Below are positions 25,119 through 37,990 of a stretch of 64,000 nucleotides of DNA, one piece after another; position 1 is the first letter of the stretch; every line of letters begins with the position of its first letter. The position numbers and the translations under genes were made by a program. The notes beneath the pieces are model-generated. The model was given only the letters and a program-made list of their open reading frames with translations. It was not told where the DNA came from and searched no databases. Source of the stretch: Octopus vulgaris (taxonomy: Eukaryota); the NCBI GenBank assembly GCA_951406725.2, contig OX597814.1, positions 23,622,001 to 23,686,000 on the forward strand. The letters run 5' to 3'.

Positions 25119-25204
25119 TATAAGCTTAGTTCATTATTTTTCTTTTGACTGACTACAGCCTGTGTTTTATTTTTCAGAGTTTTTAAGGTAGTAATAGCAT
25201 CTTT

Positions 25205-25738
25205 AGGCATCAAATTAATCACAGAACTTGAGGCGATCCAATGAAGCTACACGAAGAAGATAGCCTCTGTGCAGCATATAAGCTACTTCTTAGAGCGTAG
25301 CCGAGAAAGATATGCCATAATATACATCTGGAAGATCCTAGAAGAACTTGTCCCAAACTTTGGCATTGAGAGTTACACAAACACTAGAACTGAGCACCAC
25401 TGCATAGTACCAAGAACTTCAAATTTGCCATCAAGATGTAGGACAAGATACTGTGACAGCCTGGGCTTCAGAGGCCCACAGCTCTTCAATATCCTCCCGA
25501 AGGACCTGAGAGACCTGCATGGGGAGGATGCAGATGTCTTTAAAATAAAGCTGGATCTCTTCCTGTTAGGTGTCCCAGATGAACCAACTTCATGGCAGGA
25601 GCTGCAGATGAGGGCAGCTGCATCGAACTCTCTCATGCACCAAATGGCATTTGCTAAAAAGCATTCATGAAGTAAAATCATGTAGCAACACCAAATGGCG
25701 GTGCCCCAGCATGGCCACAGCACGTGAGCTAAAACTTG

Positions 25739-25774
<36 letters not shown>

Positions 25775-25775
25775 T
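25205..25775 (+). mobile_element. 3' end of a CR1/L2-like LINE with (AAT)n tail
   Basis: ORF 25269-25670: LERSRERYAIIYIWK..VPN...GPQLFNILPKDLR...FKIKLDLFL..VPDEP; 3' UTR ggcggtgccccagcatggcc. Confidence 0.85.
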
Positions 25776-25954
25776 AATCTATTTTTTCTAGCATGTGGAG
25801 AGGCTTATAGCCAATCCCTTGTTATAATTATATATACAATTATAATATTTGTAAAATTTACCTATAAGGTTTTTATTTCTGTGCTGACCCCTCGGTAAAT
25901 TCATTAATGATTTTTACCCTTTATTATAATATATATATGTATATATACATATAT

Positions 25955-26001
<47 letters not shown>

Positions 26002-26173
26002 GTCGGTGGTGTGAATATAGTATATGGTGAAAAAGGATGAAGGAGTGATCAATGACAAACATGAGTTGGTGAAAAGGTAGGGGAAATGTGGTAATGACTG
26101 CCAACAGAGGTAAGCTGAAGAACAGCAGCATAATAACAATACAGCAGATAGGAGTAAGATAACATTCACTCAC

Positions 26174-26334
26174 CCTGCACATCTTGGAACTTTCCCAACA
26201 TGCTTCTTTTTCTCTTTGTAGCCCTAAGTACTGTATAGTTATCATTCTGATGTGTGAACTTCCAGAACCGATATCATGAAAAATTAATTTGATTTAATTT
26301 ACTTTGAATTACATTTTTCTTCATTTCAGCATGA
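26174..26334 (-). other. Candidate non-coding or UTR exon
   Basis: Strong donor AGG|GTGAGT, moderate acceptor atattttag|; stops in all frames. Confidence 0.3.
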
Positions 26335-26468
26335 CTAAAATATATTTGTAAAGTGGTTGAAACCAGTAGCATATTTTCATAAAATTGTTAATAGTTTCTT
26401 ACTTTTATGCACGATAATATTCTGCAAGAATTTTCTTCATTTTGATTTTTAATAGATATATGTGTGTA

Positions 26469-26685
26469 AAGGCAGCGAGCTGGCAGAATCGTTAGTCTAC
26501 CAGGTAAAATGTTTAGCAGCATTTTGTCCATCATTATATTCTATGTTCAAATTCTGCCAAGGTCAACTTTGCCTTTCGTATTCTCAAGGGGTCGATAAAA
26601 TAAGTACCAGTTAAACACTGGAGTCGATGTGATCAACTTAGACCCTTCCCCAAAATTACTGGCCGTGCACCAAAATTTAAAATCA
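26469..26685 (+). mobile_element. SINE family B (alternative 3' tail)
   Basis: aaggcagcgagctggcagaatcgttag...gttcaaattctgcc...aaattactggccgtgcacc. Confidence 0.85.
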
Positions 26686-26803
26686 ATATATATATACATA
26701 TATGTGTGTGTACGTGTGTATGTGTGCGTGTGTATGTATATGTGTATATATATATCTATGTGTGTGTGTGTGTGTGTCTGTCTATCTGTTTATGTCTCTC
26801 TTC

Positions 26804-26851
<48 letters not shown>

Positions 26852-27867
26852 CATTATCTATACAGGATATATATTTTTTTTATATTTAACAAATGTATAT
26901 ATGTATGTGTGGATATATATATATATGTATATTGACAGATATATTTGCTTGTATACATATACAAACACATATACTATGTTCTCACTACTTTTGATATGAC
27001 AGAAATTGTTCTTTTTATCATCACCTGACCGGTGAAACTTCTCCAAATTGTTTGCTATTTATCTTTCATATTACTCGTGTTGTCTTATTATTACAATCTA
27101 ATAACATTTTGTAGTCAGGGGATTTTTGCATTAAACTTCCTTCATAAACTATTGCTTCTAAACATCATTTTTTATGTGCCTATATCTCAAAACTTACTAA
27201 TATTGATGCATTCAAATCACTTTTCAAATTATATTAATGAATTAACGTGTACTTTTTTGACAGGAAGTAGAAATAAGAAAACTGAATTAATAAATCATTT
27301 GACAAGGAAAAAGCAAAATAAATAATGGAATCACCTAGAATTATTGACAGCAACTAACTAATGAAATTTTGATGTGCAATTTCATATGAGGTCAGAGTGA
27401 TGTGTCAGTCTGTAAAGTTTTAGGTGTTTTACTTATTTTCGGCATTTATTCAACTTAATGTTATCCTTAAGAGATTTAGAATTTAATTGGAAAAGAAATT
27501 TTTCATGAAAGATAAATATTTTATATTGCAGCATGGTAAAGTCTCATGACCACAATAATTCTTCAATATATAAGAGCAAACAATTTCAAAAGTAGAGAAA
27601 ACTAAAGTGTGAGCATCTAAATAGCCATATGCCTTGCTAGAAATAGCAACCAAATTTCCTCAAATGACATTCTATCATATTTAAAAATGTTGTGTTAGTA
27701 GCTACTAGATTACCTTTGATTATAGATCTATTCAAAGCTGACCACGTTGACTGGTGACATAGAGTGCTGAGGAAGACCCATCTAGTCATTGCAATTATTG
27801 TTGAATGAATGCATGCTACAAATGGTACTCCTTATGAAAGCTGTGAAGCATAACATATACATACCTA

Positions 27868-28211
27868 AGAGGAAACCCCCTTCAGTCATGAATGACCATG
27901 GGATTGCACATAGAAAGTTATCTTCCAAGGCACAAGTCAGGACAAGATTGTTTGTGGAAGGCTAGCAGTCGCCCATGAATATCAGCCTCCCCTCTCCACA
28001 CCACTGATGTTATCCAAGGGAAGGGCAAGGGGGCTGATACAGCTTGGCACCAGTGATGTCGCAACTCATTTCTACAGATGAGTTAACTGGAGCAACGTGA
28101 AATAAAGTGTCTTGCTCAAGAACACACCACACAGCCCAGTCCGGGAATCAAACTCACAACCTCACGATCGAAAGCTCTACACTCTAACCACTAAGCCATG
28201 CGCCTTCCCAA
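27868..28211 (-). mobile_element. SINE family C
   Basis: Reverse complement of 574-919; perfect 11-bp TSD atacataccta (27857-27867, 28212-28222). Confidence 0.9.
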
Positions 28212-28599
28212 ATACATACCTACTATCATCCCTACTATTATGAGGTAAACAACTGCAAAAAACAAAGTTAGAGTAAGAAAATTGTAAAAACAATTTACTG
28301 ATTTGTGTCTTTGAGTAACCATCTCACTTATCATCTCTACTATGTAGACTTTGTACTAAACAATTTTGATCTCATCATCATCATCATCATCATCATCAAA
28401 CCTGCACATTTCTTACACTTTCTCTACAGACAACAATTGGTTAGTTTGAAATGAACATCAACCATATTGATCTAAATGTTGTGGGACAAAAAATTACAAA
28501 AAATAGCAAAATTTCTGGCATTTCTTGTTATTCAGTGGAAATTTATGACAGTTATAACTACAATACTGTTCAAGTTATTTTAATATTCCTTTCTTTTTT

Positions 28600-28816
28600 C
28601 TTTCTTTTATTTGTTTCAGTCATTTGACTGCAGTCATGCTGAAGCACCGCCTTTAATTGAGCAAATCAACCCCAGGAATTATTCTTTGTAAGCCTAGTAC
28701 TTATTCTATCGATCCCTCATGCTGAACTGCTAAGTGACGGTGATGTAAATACACCAGCATTGGTTGCCAAGTGATGTTGTGGGGACAAACACAGAAACAC
28801 TAACATACACACACAC

Positions 28817-28871
<55 letters not shown>

Positions 28872-29073
28872 TATATATATATATACACATATATACATAT
28901 ATATATATATACATATATACGATGGCTTCTTTCAGTTTCCATCTACCAAATCCACTCACAAGGCTTTGGTTGGCCAAGGCTATAGTAGAAGACACTTGCC
29001 CAAGGTACCATGCAGTGGAAATGAACCCAGAATCATGTTGTTGGTAAGCAAGCTACTTACCACACAGCCACTC
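28600..29073 (-). mobile_element. SINE family A
   Basis: Full reverse-complement match to the other copies. Confidence 0.9.
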
Positions 29074-30182
29074 GGTTTATCTTTTATTTCACTGAAGTTT
29101 TTGACTTTCTTAGTTTCTTTTGTTTCAGTTTTCTTGTAACTGCATTTCTCATAAAGAATATCTACCTGTTAAACCACCATAGAATAGATATGGCTCAAAT
29201 CAAAATGGAAAATGAACCTTTCTACTGTTTCTGTTGATAAACCTGCCTGATCTGCTTTCATTTATTTCATTCATAAAATCCCCAACTCGATATGAGATAG
29301 AGAATAACCCTGAAGCAAGTAAGAGAATATTAATCCTGATTCAAAATTAAGGCTAGTGGTAGCCCACAGGAGGATGTTTGAAAAGGCAGCAAGTCCAAAA
29401 GCAAAACCAGCAAAAACTTACAAGCAAAACAAAATAGCCAGCTACTTCCTATATTATGTGCCAGAAGTCAAAATATGAACTGAAAATATTACAAAGAAAA
29501 TAGAAACAGCACTAACAGTGATAATAAATAAAAGTCTAGATTCATTATCTAATATATGGATTTTAGGAAAAAAATTAATTTTTTTTTTTTAGAATAAATG
29601 GAATAATATTTACCTTATTTAGTTAAAGCTCACATATTCATTTACTGCTGCGGGCATTGTCATGCATTTTTTGTTATATCCTTCGATATTACGCAATATA
29701 TATAATGCAGTGGTTATTGCTTGAAAACAAAAATTTTCTTTCTTCTTACCTACAAAACTCTAAACCCATTTCCAGTTAAAAAAAAAAAAAAGCAGCATTA
29801 TTTTAAAAACAATCTTTTTTTATGTCTTCTAGCTATTTCTTCTGATTAGCTGCAGTCAAAAGTAACTCCACTTTTGGCAAAATACTATTTACCATGAAAT
29901 GACTTTTTTCTTTCCAAGATAAGGTGTGTGAAATATATCAGCAAAGTGTCCCATATGGACCTCATCAGTATGAGAAGCACATAAATATTCTCAATGAAAC
30001 TAACAAATAACCAGTCAACAATAATGGGGAAATACAATAAGACATTTTGTAAAGTGAAATCTGAATCTTCACTTCAATTCTTTAGCTTTATTTTACTTAT
30101 GTGTTTCAGTCATTTGCCTGTGACTTTGCTGCTTTGAAGTGTTTTAGTCAGACAAATAAACCCCAATATTTATGTTTCTTTA

Positions 30183-30510
30183 TGCACTGGCAACGACAAC
30201 GACCTCACTTGAATGTTTTTTCATGTGCCACCAGCACAGGTGCTAGCAAGGCATTGCAGCTAACGATCATGCTCGAATGGTGTTTTTAACATTCCATCAG
30301 CACGGAGGCCAGCTTGTTGCTCTGGCAACGATCTCACTTGTATGGTACTCTTAGTGCTCCACTAGCAACAGATGCCAGTCACCGAGTTTGATTTTGATTT
30401 TGATTGCCTCAACAGGTCTTCACAAGTAGCGATTATTGTCCAATGAAGGAGAGGCATGCATAAGTGGACTGGTTACACCCTTGGCATAGGCCACAGGTCA
30501 TGGTCTCACA
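30183..30510 (-). mobile_element. RTE LINE 3' UTR fragment, flanked by decayed SINE A pieces (about 30085-30170 and 30530-30775)
   Basis: ttttcatgtgccaccagcac repeats; ggcataggccac. Confidence 0.65.
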
Positions 30511-30590
30511 TGTGCTTTGAGAATAAATAAACCAGAATCAGTTATCAATCAGTAAGAGAGTAACAAACACAGATACAAAAAACACACACA

Positions 30591-30625
<35 letters not shown>

Positions 30626-31933
30626 CAAGCTTCTACAGTTTCCATCAACCAAATTTACTCACAAGGCATTGATCAACTCAGACTTATAGAAAAGGTTCCT
30701 TATTTAAAGTGCTGAACAGTGGGACTGAACTTAAAGCCACCTGGTTACAAAGTGAGCTTCTTAATCATGCAGCTATCAATTTCTAACAAGTACAGGAAAT
30801 TAATTTGAGGCAGGGTACAGTTGACTTTACCAACCCCAGTTTGACTGATATTTTGATTTATTAATCCTGGAATGATAAAAAGCAAAGATGAAATCAGTGA
30901 GATTTGAACTCAGAAGATAAAAAGTAGCATATGTTAAACCTGCAAAGCTTTTATCTCATGCTCTACTGATTCTGCCAGACTATAGCCCTTTAGATATATT
31001 ATTAGAAATTGATTACTATATTCTATACGCATGCAACATTTTCCTTAAATTCAGTCTGGCTCTTCCCATTTTGAGGTCGGGGATACATCCTACAAATATT
31101 CTCTCATCAATAGTGTAACCTTTGACCATATTTCTATTTTTACTATAATTATTTCTTTGAATTTCTTTCATGTTATCAGCTGATGTATTGGATTTCTACT
31201 GACTATAATAATGTTATAGATCTTTTATTCCATCCTGTATACATAAGTGTCTGGAAACATTGAGATAAACATCACTATTGTCTGAATACTGACCTGCATT
31301 TTGGAAATTGCCAATATGTCCTATATTTTCAGCACTGTTCAAATTTATCATTGGTAGATGCAGAATGGAAGATTATAACTTTTATTAAATATCTAAATCA
31401 ATACTTGCTATTATTTCAGAAAATGATATAATGTAGAACTATATCATAAATAATCTCTTCCTACAAAAAAATTTATAAAATAAAATTGTTACTCAATTAA
31501 CTAATTTAATTATTTTATTTGGCTTCAGAAATAAAAGTGGACTTTAGTGAAAATGGTTTCCATTAAAATATAAGCACGGAAATTTGTTATAAGGTATAAT
31601 TAAGATTGTAATGATAATTAAAATGCTTCTCCCAAATAAGTGTTGCTCAGAGCAACAAGATGACATTGGATGAGAGAACTGGTATTTGGTTTCACAAAAT
31701 ATTTAGTATTTGATTTCATTCTCTGTTGATTGTCTTCTTTAATTTTTTTTTCTTGCTTAGCAAAGTCTAAAGTTTATGAACTGTTATTGGGCAACATGTG
31801 TCATATATTTTGTTTTTATTTACTGTAGGAATAGCTAATCCAATGACATACACACACACACACACACATATATATATCAACATCATTTAATGTCTGCCTT
31901 CCATACATACATACACATATATGTGTATGTATG

Positions 31934-32086
31934 ACGAAGACAGGTGGTGTAGAAAACAAACAGATGTATTAGTATAACGCTCGGGAATTGAAAAATTCTT
32001 TTACGTTTCGAGCCTACGCTCTTCCACAGAAAGGAACACAGAAACAAGGAGAGAAAAAATGTGTGTAGTGGCTACCGATCAACGTG

Positions 32087-32090
<4 letters not shown>
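31934..32090 (-). mobile_element. Short hammerhead-bearing element (probable Penelope-derived non-autonomous element) within TA-rich microsatellite
   Basis: Contains the HHR motif; enclosed by a perfect 29-bp direct duplication (31877-31905, 32121-32149). Confidence 0.7.
31998..32033 (-). ncRNA. Minimal hammerhead motif with non-canonical CUGUGGA core
   Basis: cttt-CTGTGGA-A-GAGC(gtag)GCTC-GAAA-C-GTA-aaag: perfect 4-bp stems I and II, ACGT palindromic stem III. Confidence 0.7.
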
Positions 32091-32123
<33 letters not shown>

Positions 32124-32329
32124 ACATCATTTAATGTCTGCCTTCCATATATATATATATATATATATATATATTGAGTAATTATAGTTAATATACAGAT
32201 AAATTAACGGGATCACTCTTGTTTTTGTTGTTGAGACCTAAGTCATCCCTGATGAAACAGACTTGCAATCAAAAGTATTCCAGCTGTGACCATCCCATCT
32301 TTTTCCCAGCAATAAATTACTTTAGATTA

Positions 32330-32617
32330 AACTTAGAAAAGACTAAGCAAGAGAAGAAGCAGGATCATGCTAATATTAAGGAAGTGGCCAAGCTTGATAT
32401 GCAAAAAAGAGTAGGTAAGAATTCTATGCAGTGCATTCAGTGTAAATAATGGATAAACAAGTCACGCAATTGGAATACAGGTAGGCTAATAGAGAAGACA
32501 GATTTCATGAAGAGAAAAAGTACAGGTAAACAACCATGGAAAGCTTACAGAAAATGGATTCTTTTAGATGCTCAAATGTAGTTGATTGAAGTAAGTGATA
32601 GATTTTGCAAACTAAGT
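32330..32617 (+). mobile_element. Highly decayed RTE-like ORF fragment
   Basis: ..VGKNSMQCIQCK*WI.. (PHD-like) and IEVSDRFCKL (cf. LEVVDxFCYLG). Confidence 0.5.
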
Positions 32618-33169
32618 GTTATGAATTATAATATCCTATCATTAATCCCTTTCTACAATAGTAAATAATACATAAAAATATAGATATCTTATTTTGTATT
32701 GAGTACAAAAATGCAGCGGAGTGTCAAATGATGTTGATAGATGGATGCTGTCTTTACTTAATATAAAATAACGCACCTTAATCATTGGACAGCAGGGATT
32801 AATGGATTAGATGGCGAACAGAAATAAAGTTTGAATAAAAGCCTTCTTTGAACTTGTTTAGGACAAATTTTATTCAAACTTCATTCTAAATGGATGCCAA
32901 AGTGTTCAAAAGGACCCTACCAGATGACCCAACTGAATAAGATCATATTTACTAGAAACGGATGGTACACATCTACCTAGCAAAAGCAAAAGCCCCATGT
33001 GTATCTAAACTGGAGGTACTCTTAGTGCTCTGTAAAGCTGACTTACCCCATCGTTGAAGAATCCAAAACCTTTGAGGCAGCAATAGAACACCTGGACTCA
33101 AAGTTCATAAAGAAAAGTTCAAACATAATGATGCACAATAAACTACAAACTTAAAAACAAAAGTTAGTC

Positions 33170-34560
33170 ATGGTACATTCAAAACATATTTTTTTAGATA
33201 AAAAGGGGTCTTAATGATTCGTCCTGATCTCAGTTTTCTCATCTCTTTTTGTCTTTGAATAGTTGGCATTTTGTTACCCATATTATCCTCATTGAAGTAT
33301 TCTTCGCAAGTTTTGTTACCTGTATTATTCTTGTTCAAGCACTCTTCGCCAGTTGCTAATCTGCTCATATTTTCAGGTGCTGGACTGTGAGCTTCATTTC
33401 TTTGTTGATACATTGCTTCTATTGGTGTACACTGTCAAGATCGATTCCTTGTTGGTTTATTATTTGTGAAGGTGCATGGCTTAGTGGTTAGGGCATTGGG
33501 CTCCCTATCATAAGGTCGTGAGTTCAATTCCTGGCAATGCATTGTGTCTTTGAGCAAGACACTTTATTTCACATTGCTCCAGTCCACTCAGGTGGCAAAA
33601 ATGAGTAGTACCTGTATTTCAAAGGGCCAGCCTTGTCACACTCTGTGCCATACTGAATCTCCCTGGGTAATACGTTAGGGGTAAACATGTCTGTGGAATG
33701 CTCAGCCACTAGCACATTAATTTCACATGCAAGCTGTTCCATTGATCGTATCAGCTGGGACCCTCATCATCTTAGCCAATGGAGTGCTCCTTTATCATTT
33801 GTGGATTTTGCTGTTCTGTATCGAACTCTGTTTGTGTAGTTAGCCCTGGTTGTATTTGTGTGTTATCTTTGCTTCCTTGGTTGAAAGATTGACCTGCTGG
33901 AATGAGATTGTGTGATTGTGTGTTGACACCATATCTATTCATCCATTTCCAAATGGTACGCATGCAAAGTGGAAAGAAATCATCTCCAATAATTTAACGT
34001 TTTCTACAAGTGGATCCACCTTATTTCTGAGATGTCGACGATACAGTATTGTGCTTCGGACATTCTGGAGGAATGCATGTAGAATGGTTCCCACAGTCGA
34101 TGAGCTTGAAAATTTAAACATTCGCTCATGAGGGATTGTGTTGGTAGCTGTGCAGAGGATTCCTCTCATGGCTGATAGTGCCATGGGAAGGACTGTCAAC
34201 CATTGTATTTCATCTAGTTGTAATGAACTAAGTGCTAGATTTATGGTCTTCATGAAGGTACCGTTGTTCCATTTACATTGACCCCCGACTTGAAATCAAT
34301 AGGGGTATGTTTCAGTCTTTATTGTCTCATTAGCATGAAGGAAGTTCTGAAGCTTCTTATTATCAAATTGGGTTCTTCTGTCAGAGTGGATACAATTTGG
34401 TGACCCAAACAAGCAAAAGAGGTTGAGCAGGGGGAAATAACTGTTTTGGTACTTATGTCTTTGCATGGGTATGTGAATGGGTAACTTGAATACTCATCGA
34501 CTTTTACCGATGAATAGTGGTATTGTGTGATTGATGGCAAATATTCTGCTCTATACCACA
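33170..34560 (-). mobile_element. Decayed Gypsy-type LTR retrotransposon integrase / pol C-terminus
   Basis: VDEYSSYPFTYPC..TVI, LALSS..W..VLP.ALSAMRGILCTATNTIPHERMF, RRHLRNKVDPLVENVKLL, terminal LRSGRIIKTPFYLKKYV. Confidence 0.85.
33469..33790 (+). mobile_element. tRNA SINE (family C head, different 3' body) inserted in the Gypsy remnant
   Basis: A and B boxes, ttgagcaagacacttt; 13-bp TSD tttattatttgtg/tttatcatttgtg. Confidence 0.85.
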
Positions 34561-34863
34561 AATTTGCTGGTTAGTTGCTTGACCTTAACTTCTCGAGCAT
34601 ATCCCTTTGTGGCTGACAATATGTGCATCGTTGATCATGAGCAGGGGTTGTTGGGGAGCATCATAGCCAGGTGTTGAGAGGGATTCTTTGGGGTTTGAAT
34701 AAATGTTACAAAAGCAAAGTTTGAAGGAAATAGTCATTTTTCATACTTTCTAAGCATAAGCAAATAGGAAAAAACAGTTGCTACCTAAGGAGAAAAATTG
34801 TACCACACAGGGAAATAGAGAGCTTACAATCATTGTCTCTGTCATCAATTAAAGAGAATATGT

Positions 34864-34912
34864 AGTTTCTGATGAATTCCCAACAGCGGATTGAAACTCA
34901 TTCAGTTCAACT
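34864..34912 (+). ncRNA. Hammerhead-like motif with a true stem III
   Basis: agttt-CTGATGA-ATTCC(caacagc)GGATT-GAAACT(cattc)AGTT-caact; single mismatches in stems I and II. Confidence 0.5.
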
Positions 34913-35232
34913 TTTTATGTCCATGAAGTTTTTGTATATAAAGACAAGTCATTTATATCTATCTAAGCAGAAACTATTGACTGAAACTTATAGATATATT
35001 CAGTAATATGTTATAGTGTTGAAACAAAACAATGTTAATACACCATAGTCTGCATCAAATATGTAAATATAAGTTCTGGTGAATGACAAAGAAGAGAAAG
35101 AATTTTATAAATATCTATAGATCACTAAATTATCTCTACAAGCATCATATTCACACGGAGTTATTGAGGGCTAGTCAACATAGTAGAGTCTATTTTCTTC
35201 CCAATTGGTAACTCTTGGAATTCCTACTCCTC

Positions 35233-35385
35233 CTCATCATCATCATTTAACGTCCGTTTTCCATGCTAGCATGGGTTGGAGAGTTCGACCTGGGTCTGGG
35301 AAGCCATGGAGGCTGCGCCAGGCTCCAGTCTGATTTGGCAGTGTTTCTACAGCTGGATGCCCTTCCTAACGCCAACCACTCATCC
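35233..35385 (-). mobile_element. RTE LINE 3' terminus
   Basis: catcatcatttaacgtccgttttccatgctagcatgggttgg...gcccttcctaacgccaaccact. Confidence 0.85.
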
Positions 35386-37199
35386 AGATTGTAACAACAA
35401 ACAGAAAAATGAAGGGAAATGTCCCAATCATGAATCAAAGATGTGTCAGCAGACATGGTTTTATGAGAACTTACCACCACTTTTTGCATTGTGCCATTTC
35501 ATCTCATAATTTATTTAATCATCATCTTATTTAATAGTAATCTACTTAAACCTCTACCACACTACTGATGCTTGTAACTGCTTCAGACTAATTCAGCAGA
35601 TCTTTTAGAATTGATATAAGCGACATTTGAAAGATGAGTGGATGCTCGGATGTGTAGTGAAGAAATTTGCTACTCAATTATGTGGTTCCAGACTTAACCC
35701 CACTGAATAGTATCATAAGCAAGAGTCTTCTATTCTAACCACATGTTGTAAAGAGAATTTGGTAGACTGAAACTGTATGGAAACCTGTTCTGTGTGGGAG
35801 GAGAGAAAGGATGGGAGAGAGTGAAAGAGAAATCTAAATCTCAGCAAGAAAACAGAAAAAATGCAAATGAAGCCCTTTGTGTTATTTCTTCAGAACCAAT
35901 TCACTTATAATATCAGAAATACAGTGAAACAATGGGTTTACCCATTCAAAACCTATAGCCATTGTTCCCCAATTGGGAAATATAAAAATGGAAAAAAGCT
36001 GTAATCTTTAACTAAATTTTCTGTATGAAAGAATTGGTTGTTTATTTGATAATATTATTTTTAGAAAGTAGTGGAAAGGAAGGATACCAGACTGGCATAA
36101 ACATTTTACTGTTGCTTTTATTCAATGAAAGCTTGAAGGAATGTAGCTGTGCTTCCTCTTCATAAACCAATGTGAAAATGTTAGTCTTTCACAGTTAAAA
36201 GAGGAAAAAATCACGGAAAGAAGGAAATTATTTTTAGCAAATCTGCTTGAAAGGTTTCCTGTTTTATTTCAGCTTAATTAAAATAATTTAGTAATCTTTC
36301 AACCTGATGAAATATATTCATTGTTAATTGAATGACCGCAAGCAGTAACTGATATCTATCTACTTGAAACATGAATATCTGGTACGTATTGTATAAACTG
36401 TAATAGTAATTTCCCATTATATTTGTATGAGATGTCTGTAAAGCAATACATTTTGACATTTCTAAAACAATTTTAACCAATTTATACAATTTTAACCAAT
36501 AAACCAAAGAAATTCAGCTCTATTTCAATCTTGGTGGTAGAAAAGCTCAGTTAAAAACCAGTATCTATGTACTAACAAAATTTACATTAAAAAGTTTCTA
36601 TTTTGAGAATGAAAAGAATTTTCTTCAGGAGAATCTATTATCTAATATTGGATAATTACTATTTATTTCCGATAAATAGAGCTTACAATTTGAAATGTGA
36701 ACAGACACAGAAGGTAAATGATCAACTGTTATTTGCACTTTGAACAGCAAGATCTGAAATGATTTGGATATTCTTAATATGTTCCAGCAGATTTGAATAC
36801 AAGTATACTAATCGCTGTTGAGAACAACTTTTCCTTTTTATGATAACGATGGGTTCATAACACACACACATTTGACTCATTGGTGGTACAAGGAATTTTG
36901 GGACATCAGTATTTCAATATCTTCTGTTGTGTCAAATCAGCCAGTAGCACTTGGATCAGTCTAAATAAGAACTGTTAGCTTTGTTTATAATTTCAGTTAA
37001 CAAACTGTTACTGATCAATGGTGATATCTGCCAAGTGATAATAAATCGTCATTTAACAGTGAACAGTGAGGTGAAATCTGAAATGAAAATCTGCTGGAGC
37101 ATATGCATGTCATCATTACAGAAGATAAATGTTTGTTCATTATACAGAATTATTGAAAGAATGGTCTAACCTCATGTTACTGGAACTGATACATGAGAT

Positions 37200-37320
37200 T
37201 TTTTTTATTTATGTGCCCTTTTCAAGCCTAGCCAGGCTCATGGGCCCGGTTTCCCAGTTTCTGTGGCATATGTTTTCCCCCCAGCTGGAGGGGATGCCAG
37301 TCCATTGCAGCATTACTCAA
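37200..37320 (-). mobile_element. 3' fragment of SINE family D
   Basis: Reverse complement of the end of 60226-60537. Confidence 0.7.
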
Positions 37321-37321
37321 G

Positions 37322-37990
37322 AGGCGATGACAAGTGACTGAGACCTTTGGAGATATGCTGTGCTTGAGAAGGCCTGGCAAGCCATGTGAGACCATAACTG
37401 TGGCCTATGCCAGTGCAGCATAACCAGCCCATTTAAGAGTACCCTTTAATCATTGAGCAATAAGCTGTTTGCAAAGACCTGCTGAGGCAAGTGAAATCAT
37501 TGCCATGGTTGATGAGGGTACCGCCTTATTAGTACCCGTGCCAGTGGCACATAAAAAGCACCATTCGAGTGTGCTTGATGCCAGTGCTGTGTGACTGGTT
37601 CCATGCTGGTGGCATGTAAAAAGCACCATTTGAGCTTGGCCGATGCTAGTGCTGGCTGATGTTCCTGTGCTGGTGGTATGTAAAAAGTACCATTCGAGAG
37701 TGGTCATTGCCAGTGCTGCCTGACTGGCTCCTGTGCTGGTGGCACATAAAAAGCACCATTCAAGTGTGGTTGATGCCAGTACCACCTGGCTGGCCCTCAT
37801 ACTGGTGACACGTAAAAAGTACCCACTACACTCTCAGAGTGGTTGGCATTAGGAAGAGTATCCAGCTGCAGAAACTTTGTCAGATCGGATTGAAGCCTGG
37901 TGCAGCCGTCTGGCTTGTCAGCTCTCAGTCAAACCGCCCAACCCATGCCAGCATGGAAAACAGACGTTAAACGACGACGGCGGTGATGAT
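37322..37990 (+). mobile_element. RTE LINE 3' end with tandem 3' UTR repeats
   Basis: MTSD*DLWRYAVLEK, five gtggca..taaaaagcacc units, (GAC/GAT)n tail. Confidence 0.88.

Noticed and set aside
29742-29760. ttttgtAG|GTAAGA on minus, possible recursive splice site
   Set aside because: Short polypyrimidine tract with a competing AG; cannot be supported without nascent RNA data
29945-29972. CTGATGA-GGTCC(atat)GGGAC on the minus strand, hammerhead-like
   Set aside because: No GAAA or NUH follows stem II
37520-37830. Regularly spaced 60-bp repeats superficially like a CRISPR array (also 18380-18670)
   Set aside because: The spacers are homologous to each other and lie in an RTE LINE 3' UTR; eukaryotic context, no cas genes
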